This document shows positions 12,736 through 23,644 of a stretch of DNA of 64,000 nt, in pieces. Positions within the stretch are counted from its first letter, which is position 1, and every line of letters starts with the position of its first letter. The stretch comes from Camelus ferus (lineage: Eukaryota). Position numbers and translations under genes: made by a program. Location: the NCBI RefSeq assembly GCF_009834535.1, contig NC_045696.1:9488001-9552000 (forward strand), in the 5' to 3' direction. Below the pieces are notes generated by a model. That model worked only from the letters and a program-made list of their open reading frames with translations, did no database searches and was not told where the DNA came from.

Positions 12736-13278
12736 GCTGGAAGAAATGAGGAGGATGCAGGTGGATGAAATGGAGGAAGAAGATAGAAAAGAGAAACAAA
12801 CACAGGACTGGTTCATTCTGACTCAACATCCCTGTGCTGAGCCCTGGGTGTGGCTTCTCCCATTACAGCCTGACAACAACCCTAGGAGACAGATCTGGCT
12901 CTTAAAGTTTGGGGACTGAGGTCAGCCTGCCCCTGCTTGCAGCCTCCCACCTTCTCTGGCCCCACTTCCATTAGAACTTTCCTTCTGCCACTGCTTTAAT
13001 GGGTATTGGCCCCAGCTGCCCTGGACCCTTAAGTTGAAGGAGAAATGGGAAGTTTGCATGACCCCCTTGTCTGGTGTCTGCAAAATGTCCAGTGGCCAGT
13101 CTAATCTGACACCTGAAAACGACAAGTCTGGAAGATTATTTTTCTTTTGTGCTTTTTAAAACTTTTTCAGATGCAACCAAGGAGTAGAAGGATCTTTGAA
13201 TATAAGTTAGAACAGCCCCAGCTGCCACTCATGCCACCTCATCGTGCCAAGCTGTGCTGGGTGGGCCTTTTATGTACA

Positions 13279-13946
13279 CCAGAGGTGCTCAAACTTGAGC
13301 ATGCGTTCCAGTCACCTGCAGGGCTTGTGAAAACACAGAGCTTCTGATTCAGTAAATATATTCTTAGCTGCATAAGGAAATAACACAAGTTGAGTGACCT
13401 AACACAACACCCACTTATTAGCTGACAGGTCTGTCGTCAGTAGTCCGGGCGCGGTGCGCTGTGGCTGGCTTCTCTGCCCCGGGTCATACAAGGCTGGAAT
13501 TAAGTCATCAGCAGGGCTGCCTTCCTTTCTGGAGGTCTGGGGAAGAATCTGCTTCTGCAAACATTCAGATCCCTATTTCTTTACAGGGTTACCCTCCTTC
13601 TGAGAGGCCACCCCCATCCTTGCCACCTGGCCCTTCCTCCTTCAAGCCAACAATAAGAAATCTCTCTCAGGTCAAATCTCTGACTTTGGGAAGAGACTGG
13701 TATCTTTCAGGAGCTCACCCTGGCTAACTAAGCTCCCCTTCACAAACCATACTGTGTAACATAACCTAAAATCCACCTTGGCCATAGTCCTGGAGATTAT
13801 GCCCAGCGTGTCCCCCGGGGGGTGGGATAGTGGACCGTATTAGAATTCTGTCTGCGACAGGAGGTGGGGCAGAAATTTGCACTTCTAACAAATTCCCGGG
13901 TGATGAGATAGCTACTGCTCTGGAAATCACGTGGTGAGAACCACTT
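13279..13946. mobile_element. MER5A-like DNA transposon split by an MLT1 LTR (~13355-13859)
   Basis: Left half 'ccagaggtgctcaaacttgagcatgc...ctgattcagta'; right half 'ggtggggcagaaatttgcacttctaacaaattcccgggtgatg...gagaaccact'. The sequence between has MLT1 motifs ('ctggaggtctggggaagaatctgcttc', 'tagaattctgtctgcgaca'). Confidence 0.65.
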
Positions 13947-14252
13947 ACCTAGGCTAATGCCACCACCTTTGACTTAGATGTGCCTAGTTTGCAGATGAGG
14001 AAACCCACAGTGTTAAGTCTAGAGGTAATATTCAAAATACACAGCAGCTAGTACCTCGTGGGCACCGACCGATCAGAACAGATGTCAAACCAATCAGGAC
14101 AGACTTGGCTACGTGTAACCACTGTGGTCTTGCTGGCCAGCACCTATTGACAGAGGACCCCCCCACCCCCCAGCAAGTGAGGGCTGGAGCCGGTGCCCAC
14201 GTCAGAGCCGGCGCTTGGGCTGCTCCACAAACGAAGGTTACTTTTTGCTCCA

Positions 14253-14448
14253 TTTTTGTTTTCTTGAAATACAGTCAGTTTACAATGTTGTGTCAATTTC
14301 TGGTGTGTAGCATAATGTTTCAGTCAGACATACACATACATATATTCCTTTTCATATTCTTTTTCATTATAGGTTACTACAAGATACTGAATATAGTTCC
14401 CTGTGCTGTACAGTAGAGACTTGTTGTTTATCTATTTTATATATAGTA
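14253..14448 (-). mobile_element. LINE-1 3' end fragment
   Basis: Reverse complement of the same L1 3'UTR seen at 5020-5200. Confidence 0.8.
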
Positions 14449-14596
14449 TCCACAAACTAAGATTAAAGAGAAAATGTCCCACTAAGGCTAAGTCAGAAGA
14501 GGAAACAAAAAGATATTTTATTGATTCCAAAACCTGTCTTCTTTTCTTTCTGTCTGTTCTATGTTCTATAAAGCCACTTTCCTCAAGGTTAAAATC

Positions 14597-15015
14597 TGCA
14601 TTAGTTTCCTGTTGCTGCTGTAACAAATTACCAGTTTCAGTGCCTGAAACCGCACAGATTTGTTTTCTTACTGTGGAGTTCTGGAGATCAGAATGCCAGA
14701 ATCGGTCTCAGTGAGCTAAAACCAAGAACCAAAAATGTTTCCTTGCCTTTTTCCAGGTTCTAGAGGCTATTGCCTTGGTCCACAGCCTCACATCACCACA
14801 GTCTCTGCTTCCATCATCGTGTCTGGGTCCAACCTGATCCTCCTGCCTCCTTCTTATAAAGACCTGCCCCCAGACCATCCAGGGTCATCTCCCATCTCAA
14901 GGTCCTTAACTTAGTGCCACCTGCAGAGTCCCCTCTGCCATGTCAGGTCACGTGTTCAGGGCTGCTGGGATTAGGACAGGGGTGTCTCTGAGAGGCTGTT
15001 CCTCTGCCTGCCTCA
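14597..15015 (-). mobile_element. MaLR solo LTR (MLT1C/D-like)
   Basis: 'attagtttcctgttgctgctgtaacaaattacc', 'cccatctcaaggtccttaactta', 'gggattaggac'. Confidence 0.7.
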
Positions 15016-15121
15016 CTACCCAAGGCCCACGTGTATGTGGACCACAGCAGCGGCAGCTCTCCCAGAACCGCCTGTTGCCAAGGCCTTTGGAGACACGAGG
15101 TCATTAGCGTCACAAGCAGGT

Positions 15122-15272
15122 TCTGTCATTACTGTCCTCCTTTTTCACACGAAGAAACTGAAGCACTTGGGAGTTAAGGACCTTGCCCAAGATCACATAG
15201 CCAGGAAATGAGACCACCAGGATTCAAACCCAGACGGTCTGGTTCCAGAGTCCACGCTCTTTCCCACTCTGC
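15122..15272 (-). mobile_element. MIR SINE
   Basis: 'gaagaaactgaagcac...gttaaggaccttgcccaagatcacatagc...caggattcaaacccagac...ccagagtccacgctct' is the MIR core. Confidence 0.75.
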
Positions 15273-15513
15273 TGCACACCCCTCATCTGTGGACAGAAGG
15301 AAAGCAGGCCACTTTATATAAATGGCAAGAAGCCAAAGTCACCATCCTGCCTCAACCCCTCCCCTCCCCTCCCTCTGACCCCCTCTGCGCCTGTTAAGGA
15401 CCCTTCTCCCAGGTGGGAAAGCGATCAGTCACTTTGGTCTGTCCTTCCTTGCTTTCCAAGTGTCCTCAGTAACAAGGCCTAGTCACTTCGGCCTGCCTCT
15501 GAAACGTTGCAGC

Positions 15514-16056
15514 GACTGTTGCTGGGACACAAGCCACCCAGAACTCCGTGGCTTAAAACAGCAACGGTCCTTGTTCTGCTCATGGATCTAAGTGTGTGCA
15601 GAGATGGTTCTTCTCCCCTCCGTGTGGCATCTGCTGGGTTTGCTTGGCTGGGAGCCCACTCTTGGGATGTCACACTCACATAGCTGGTGAATCGTGCTGG
15701 CTGAGCCCACTGGGAGCTTGGCCAGGGCTCTGGGCAGGGGCCCCGGCCCCTCTCCACGTGGCCTCGCCCCGGCCCCTCTCCATGTGGCCTCCCCCCGGCC
15801 TGCTTGGACTTCCTGACAGTATGGTGACCGGGTTTCAAGAGATCAAGGCAGAAGTGCATGGCTCCTTATGACCTCGCCTTGGAAGTCACATGGTGTCATC
15901 TCCACTATACAGTGTCGGTAGAGACACTCACAAAGGCCCTCCCACATTCAAGGGCAGGGAATACACACCCTTCATCTGGATGCGGGAGTGGCTAGATTCC
16001 ACAAGGGCACGTTGGGTGGGAGATTTGTGGCATCTATCTTTAGAAAATTCCATCAG
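15514..16056 (-). mobile_element. Old MaLR LTR (MLT1J/K-like)
   Basis: 'gtggcttaaaacagcaac', 'cctctccatgtggcct', 'gccttggaagtcaca', 'cacattcaaggg'. Confidence 0.6.
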
Positions 16057-19000
16057 CCAGAATTATCTTTATAGCAGCTCCCTGCATCCCCCCCAGCCCA
16101 CCCACACTCCTGGATACATTTTTCCACAAGCTCAGATTTGGGTGTAGGAACTAAGAAGATTTTGTCTAATCTGTTCATTATATTGTTTTTACTAAAATAT
16201 TAAAAATGTAGCCACATATATTACACGAATCATTTGTATTTTAGAAATAAGTCAAAGTAGCAAAAGTAGGATTTCCCAAGAAATCCAGGACACCAGATGA
16301 ACAGATGTCAGCACTAAACCTGTGCCATGCCAAAATGCAGGCAGGCAAAGAAATTTATTCAGAAGGAATAAAGTGTATATGTCTTTTAATGAAAGCAGCT
16401 CCTTGGTTGATTCTGCATGATAGTGGGAGAAGAAAATGTTAACTTTCCTAACACCTTCTATTCAAATAGTAATGAGAAAATACAGGGATATATCCTTTTC
16501 CCACCCATTTAAAATCTAACCCTATTTTCAAGGCCTTGTGAAGGAAAAATGTTATTTTCTTGTCACTGGAGTTGCAGTCTTCTCTCCCAGGCTTCAACGT
16601 TTGGCCTCTGTAATGGCAGGAACCGTGTCTTAGGGTTTTGAAACCCCTAGTAGAGCACTGAGCCCCTAGTAATGGCTTATTAAGTATTTTGTGGTCGATT
16701 TGACTGTGAATTTTTAAAGGACCAGTCACGCCTTACTCCTCTCTGTATCTGCAGCAAGGAGTCAGGTACTTAGCTGCGTGCTTTATGCAACAAATATTTA
16801 TGGAGGGTCCTAAGTGTTCCAGGGTCCATGGCTTGGTCTGCCCTTAGTTCAGTGGAGGAAACCAATTAAAATGTGATAAATACTAAGAACTAGAGGTTCC
16901 CAGTGTTATGAGGATATGTTATGCGTAACTTGAACCAGTGGTGGAGTTCAAGAAGGCATTTAGCGGATCCTTAATTAATGGTGGTTGAATGATGAACAGA
17001 TGAATGGTCTTCTTGAGACTTGGGAGTCTATTCTTAACTCCGAACATCCCACACAAGAATCTGCTCAATGTAGACACTCGGAAAATATGTGTCTCATCTC
17101 CAGGTAGGCAACACCCTGTCCCAGAAGAGCCCACCTGTCCAAGGAATTTTCCTTTGTAACTGACTTGCTGCCTGGAATTTTCCCCTTAGTGATGCATTCC
17201 TTTGGGGCTGAGACTTTGATCTCCAGAACGTGCTGATTAAATACAAATTCTCTGGGAGGTCTTATATGTTAAGCAGTTGCCATCATTAACACAGCAACAG
17301 GAAAAAGTTCATTAGGTAACGTTCCAGTTTTGTTAGAAGGGAGATGCAGAGGGCAGGACTGTCCCAGGGAGAAAGAAAAAGATCTGGATATGATTCTGGT
17401 ATAGAAGAAGAACAGAAAATAATGCAGATGAGGAAGCCGTAGGTGTGGGAAACGACAGTGACGGGGAAGAATTCTATAGTTTTGCTCTGAGATGGTATTT
17501 GAAAGACCTGGATGGGAGATTTTCAAAAAAAAAAAAAAACCCATCAGATGTTCCCTGCTGACCACACCCTGGAGCCCGCAGAATGTGCTGTGTGAGGTCT
17601 GCTCTAAGGCGGCGCTCAGCCCAGCGACCCACGCTGCGGAGCAGGGCAGACTCACACTCACCCGACCGTGTCCTGGCCTGGGCACGGCCCTGACTTCACG
17701 GAAACGGGCTCCACACGGCTGATTAGCCAGGCATCTCACCAGATAAAGACGGTGGCAGGAGAGCTTATCAAAGAAAAGCAAAATAAATATTTCTCTGGTG
17801 AAATCCCTGTCTTTCGAGGTTTTTAGGTAAGAAATGGGATTCTTTCAGCCGGCACTCCAAAGTAATAATGAGTTAAAAACACCAGGTTTGGCAATGGTGC
17901 ATAATGAATACTTACAGTGCAAAGAATTAAAGGTCCTGACATCAGACCATTATGCAAAAAACAAAAAAGGAGTCTGTTTCCTCTCCAACTAACCTTCAGC
18001 CTTATCTAGTGTATCTGTTAACCGACCGTGGTTTCTGTGACCATTGAGACAGAATGTATGGTGGGGGGAGGGGAAAGAGAAAAGCTTTTTTTATGATTAC
18101 ATAAGTAATAAATGTGCATTGTAGAAATTCTAGGAAGTCCAAAGACACAAAAAAGGAAAACATTGCAATCTTCTTGAATACTAATACGCATATTTTTTCT
18201 TTTCACCAAAATGGAGTCACAATAATAAACATTGCTTTGTAACCTGCTTTTTCCTCCTAAAAGCAAGTTGTAAACATCTTTTCATGTTGTTAAATAGTTT
18301 TCACCTCCTTCCTGTGAGGTGTGAGTGGTGTCCCAGTCTGCTGAATGGATTCAGCATATTTCTTGGATGGTCACTGATTGGATGGTTAGCTTGTTTCTAG
18401 CGTGTTATTTGCATAAAGAACATTGAGGGGATGTATTTGCATCTGAATCTTTGCCCAAGGGATGAGGATTTCCTTAGAATAAACTCCTGGGAGTGAAACA
18501 GTTGAGTCAGCATTCAGGGCTTTAGTTTATACTGGAAGTTTAAACTGTTGAGTTTACTGCATCACCCACTGCCATGTGCTTCCGAAGTCCCTTAACTCAG
18601 TGGGTGAGCTCATGAGTTGGAGTGGAATCAGTAGTATTTCATGGTGTCCAGTTTAAAGTCTGGCGTATTTGTGAGAAATTTCAGATGATTAACTTAGGGT
18701 TCAAACCTTTGAACCTGGGTCTTGTTGGTTCGTTGACTTTGGGTCTGGTTCGTTGGTTGGTTGGTTGTTGGTTGGCTGAGAGACACAGTGAAACACCCCA
18801 GGTCCCTTCAGGAATAATGGATTTGTCCCCTAGCTGCCCTTGTCAGCTGTCCCTTTTGGGGATTACTTCAGCTGAGGAGAGCCACCTCCCTAAGCCCCCT
18901 CTTCTCAAGGTAGCCCCTATCCCAGAGCTGACTAGTGTGGGGGTAACAAGCCCCAGCCCTTCGGCTCCAACAAGGGTCATCCTGTCTTCAGAACTGCCCA

Positions 19001-20881
19001 CAGGGTCAGCGAGGCTTCCATTGGGACCACCTGGTAGCTCCACTCTGCCTCTGCCCTCCCTCCCCTCCCCCTCCTCTCCTCATCTTCCCTAGGTGTGGAT
19101 CCCGGAACTCCCTAGTAAGCCCCCTGCACAAGAGCCTCTGTCTCAGAGCCTGGAAGCAGCCAATGACTGTTGAGTTTTTGGAGGGTTGGAGCAGATGCCG
19201 GGGCTCAGCAGACCCCAGCAGCCGATCATGTATGTGCCGCATAATTTCACCTCCGCAGTGGACAGTAGTGCCACCACCACCTCCCTCGGGATGGAAGAGC
19301 CAGGGCAGCTCAGACTCATTTCTTAAAAGGATGATTTCCTAAAAGGAGGTTTTCTTAAAAAGATGAATTCACGCTCCCATCTTCCTAAGATTTATTTCAA
19401 CCTAAGAAGGAAGATCAAGCTGTACCCTAGCATTTTACAAGAGCAGTTTAAAGTGCTGACCGTTTAAAAAACTGTCTTAAAAGCTTCCCCCTGAGAAGAC
19501 CGGGATCTCAGTCTATTTTCAGATCATCTTTCTAACCATGTCATCAAACGTGCATCGTGGCAAAACCCTTCTGCGTCCATTCCTCAGAAGCCAGTTCTGT
19601 AGAAATCTGTGTCTTAAGGTTCCGATTCTCAGCCCAGCCGTGCGCCTCCCTGGTGTGGCCCAGTCATGTCTCATGATTGCTAAAGAAACCAGCTGTGGTT
19701 TGTAAACGTTTGAGCGGAATCTGGGTCATCCCTATAATAACGTCCCCACCATTCACTTGCATAAGAGTGTAATTTCAGGAGTGGAGAGCACATTCTGCAA
19801 AATGCCCAAGGAGTCACCCACAGAAATGTGTTAGGCCAGGAAAAAAAATAAAGAATTGCTGTGTAAGGAGCAAGGGACACTCTCTCTAAAGGTACCATTT
19901 GGAGGAGATGATCTGACCCAGAACATTCTGAGCCTCAGGGATACGGATGGGTAGGCTGCTTTGTGTGTATCCCTGCCTCTCAGTGTCTGGCTCATAGCAG
20001 GGAGCTAATCTGTTTTTGATGACTTACTAAATTAAGCCAGAGACCAAAACCTCAGATGCCTTTGGGGTCGGGAGTGATGGGGTATTTGAAGAACATGGAC
20101 TTAGCCACATGGGCCTCCAGGCCCAAATGGCCACATCTTCCTTTTTTTCTTTTTCTTTTTTTTTAAAATCCCAAAGAAGCTAGAAATTCTATTTCTGTGT
20201 GAACCCCCAACTTTTAAATATTGGCAACTAATTTTTTTTTAATCTTGGGGGCACTGCCAGTTCACAGCCAGTAAACTAACCTGCCATTCTAGACCTGATT
20301 GATGGAAAGAAGGCAGCTCTTCCTTCTCAGATGCTCTGCTGCTAAGATGCATGTGCGAGTTTTAAGTCACTTGACACGAACGCCCCAATTTTCCTAATGA
20401 ACAAAGTCGGCATGATTGTTCTTGTCTTTCATGGTGACTGTTAATATTCAAGTTGTAGTGGTATCGTCTTTGTTCTGTTTAGTTTACTGCTCGTTACACC
20501 TGTTCTGAATCACTGTCTTACCCACACGGAGGCGACAGGTTATACTTTCTCCCGTGACTTGTTATCAGACTTTTAAACAATCCACGAAGAAGGCATTATA
20601 GGTGTGAAAAGCCAGCGAACCCTGTGGTCCAGTCGGTAACTTCTCTACTGCAGACATGGAAATCAGGCCCGTGGGTAGTGACAGAAAGAGTAGGTAAGAA
20701 CACATAACACACTTTTCTCTTCTCTTACATTTGGCAAAAAATGATTTCTGAGCTGAGATCCCGAGATTTAAAACTGGGTATGGATACAAACTCAGTGTAG
20801 CTAAGTTACTGAAACCTGTGTTTTGTATCTGGTGTTAAAGATTTACAGTTTAGATTTGGCCTCATTCTTTTCCCCGTCCTC

Positions 20882-21040
20882 TTTTTTTTTTTTTTTAAGC
20901 TTTTTGTGGGGGGGGGATTAGATTTATTTATTTACCTGTTTGTTTTTTAATTTCTTTTTAATGGAGGCACTGGGGATTGAACCCAGGTCCTCGCGCATGC
21001 TAAACAGATGCTCTACCACTGAGCTATAACCAACCCCCTC
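20882..21040 (-). mobile_element. tRNA-derived SINE (camelid Vic-1-like)
   Basis: Minus strand has A box 'tagctcagtggtagag', B box 'gggttcaatcc' and an AT-rich/poly-A tail. Imperfect TSD tccccgtcctctt / tcccctttctctt. Confidence 0.85.
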
Positions 21041-22374
21041 TCCCCTTTCTCTTATTGGATCTTCAACTCTGGTTCAGCCAGTCACGCACCGGAGATCCAT
21101 GGGGTGTGTGCGTGTCCTTGGCACTGTGTCGGGTTCCTCGGGAGAACCTACCAGAATGAGACCCGGCCTCTGCCTCCTGGCAGCACACACAGCAACCAGG
21201 ATTTCATAGGGTCAGTTCTTCCGAGATGAGTATGGAATATGGAACCGAAAGAACAAAGCTTTTTGTCAGCATTAACACTATAGTGTCAAACTCATCCTTT
21301 GAATGAAGGGGATTTACTTGGTGGGAATGAATCAGTCTAGGACTGAAATCTGTTTCGAGCTGGAGTGGAAGGTAACCAGGTTCTTGTGACCAGTGACCAC
21401 AGAGCATCCTGTCACTGGCCCACTCCTGCGTGACTGATCTTGCCCAGGTTTTTGTCACTGCAGGACTGTGCTCCGGCTTGAGAACAGCTTTGGAGCACAG
21501 ATGAAAATCAGTAATTAAAGTGAGGTCAGGAAAGGAATTGACTAAAGAGAGCAAATAAGGAATGATTAATTAGGGTGGCTTTGGCCCCAGTCGTCTCTAA
21601 ATAAATGTTACCTCCCTTAATCCGGGGCTGCCGGTCTCCAAGTCATTAAGTATAGTTTTGATTTGCCTATGGCTATTTCTCCATCTTAAGCATTGCAAGT
21701 GGTGAGTTTCCAAGAAGTTACAGAGGGGTGGTTAACCTTCATGTACTAAGGAAAGATTGAGGTAATAAGGAAAAAAGAGTTAATGGGATTTCAAGTGCAC
21801 ATGGAATTTAACAAACAAGATGAAATCTTGTATGAACTGTGACCTCTCTTGTAAGGGATAAATTTGAACACAGTCTTCACCTCTACTCTCCCCCTAATCA
21901 GTTGGTTATTTTATTTTATTTTATTTTACTTTCTGTCTTTTCTTTCTTTTTTTTTTTTGGAGGGGGGGAGGGTGATTGCATTTTTTCTTTATTTCCACCG
22001 TAAGCTTTAACAGAGCATGATTGCCAATCCGCTAAAATATGTGTTTAGGGTTTTCACCATTGCATCCAGTATTTTTGACACTGGCATTAATAAGCCACCT
22101 TTTAAAAATTTTATTTAAATAATAGGAAGTTCTGTGTTATCACAGAAATACAAATTATGTGTGTACTATATTGTACTAATCTGTGCCAAGTATCAAACAA
22201 CATTTCAGGCTTTTCCATTTTTTTCCAAAGCATCGGATATGACCCAGGCTGAAGTTTAGTATCAGTATCATCTCTTCTGTGTTATCCTACAGATTCAGAA
22301 GATTAATGGTTATTAAACAAAAAGGTGGTTTTCATTAAAGATGGTTTTCTCAGTTTAGATTTAGAATTCATAGA

Positions 22375-22497
22375 GGGGAGGGTCCAGCTCAGTGGTACAG
22401 TGCCTGGTTAGCATGCACGAGGTCCAGAGTTCGATCCCTAGTACCTCCATTAAAATACATAAATAAATAAATAACCTAATCACCTCCCCCCCCAAAT
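22375..22497 (+). mobile_element. tRNA-derived SINE (camelid Vic-1-like)
   Basis: A box 'cagctcagtgg' 22385-22395, B box 'gttcgatcc' 22429-22437, then (taaa)n and 'cctaatcacctcccc'. Confidence 0.85.
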
Positions 22498-23059
22498 TAA
22501 CTTCCTGAGCCCAAATCTGGCTCTCCTGATTACCCCTAAGGGTGAACCAAAATAGGAATGCCTTTAGAGAGCAAGAAGAAGAAGATTTTCCTGTTCTTTT
22601 ATTTACACGTGATCATCAGGAAGAAACAGAAGTCTGGGAACTTAATCACTACTGCTTGGACAATAGGCCTTTCTTTTGACTACGAACCTCTTGGATAAAC
22701 GATTTTGAGCGCATCTGCTGGCAAAAGCATTTTGTTTGTAAATTCTATACTAATTCTACTCCACATGATGCACCTTATAAAAACATACCCTAAAAATAGG
22801 CATTTTAAAAAGGCGAGGCGAGCATATGTTCAACTGAACTCACTCTGCCCAAATGACAAAGGATGGTCGAGACCCTCATCATAGACCCCTAAGGAGACTT
22901 ACAAGGCCTCTGGGAGTGTCCGTGGGATGGGACCTCAGAGTCTGGAGCTGATGGTGCAGTCCTGTGCCCGGACACCCTGTGAGCCCCCGTGCAGCAAGGA
23001 CAGAAGAAGTGCACCCCAGAAGGTGGCCAGCACCCACTGAGTAACACTGGAGTGGTTCT

Positions 23060-23580
23060 GTTGCATGGGCGTCAATTCATGCTCCTCTGCTCAAAACCCT
23101 CTGATAGTCGGCACGGAGGCCAGCGTCCTTGCAGTGGCTAAAGGTCTCACGTGGCCTCATTCCCAACCTCTTTCTCCATGTCCCTCCTCTGCAGCCAACC
23201 TAAGCCTCCTGGGCCTGGAATGTGCCAGGTGCCTTTGTGCCTTCTGTTCCTGGACTTGGAATGCTGTTCCCAGCATCTCACAGTTCTCTCCCTACTTCCT
23301 TCAAATCTTGATGCACCCACATGTCATCTTCTCAGGACACCTTTCCTGGCTAGTCAGTCTTTTAGCATCTTCTTTTCCCAACTTTTCCTTTCCCTCCTTT
23401 CTGCCTTATTCCCAGCACTATCACTATCTAAACACGCTATATATTTTACCAACCTAGCTTGTTTCTTTTTGTTTTCTTTTTCCCTATCTAGAATGTAAGC
23501 TCCATAAAGGCAGAGAGTTTTTGTCTATCTTCACCTTTCACCTCTAACACCTGGAACCGTGTTTGGGTGAAAGAACAAAT
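23060..23580 (+). mobile_element. LINE-2 3' fragment
   Basis: 'ctcctctgctcaaaaccctc', 'tggaatgctgttccc', 'ctagaatgtaagctccataaaggcaga' are L2 3'-end motifs. Confidence 0.65.
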
Positions 23581-23644
23581 GGATGCTTGGATGCATGGAT
23601 GGACAGATGGATGGATGGATGCATGGATGGATGAATGGATGAAT
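23579..23644. repeat. (GGAT)n imperfect microsatellite
   Basis: 'atggatgcttggatgcatggatggacagatggatggatggatgcatggatggatgaatggatgaat', directly after the L2 3' end. Confidence 0.85.

Noticed and set aside
22375..22450. tRNA-like sequence with A and B boxes (also 20960-21035, 26930-27000, 51530-51605)
   Set aside because: SINE heads with AT-rich tails; diverged, with no intact cloverleaf.
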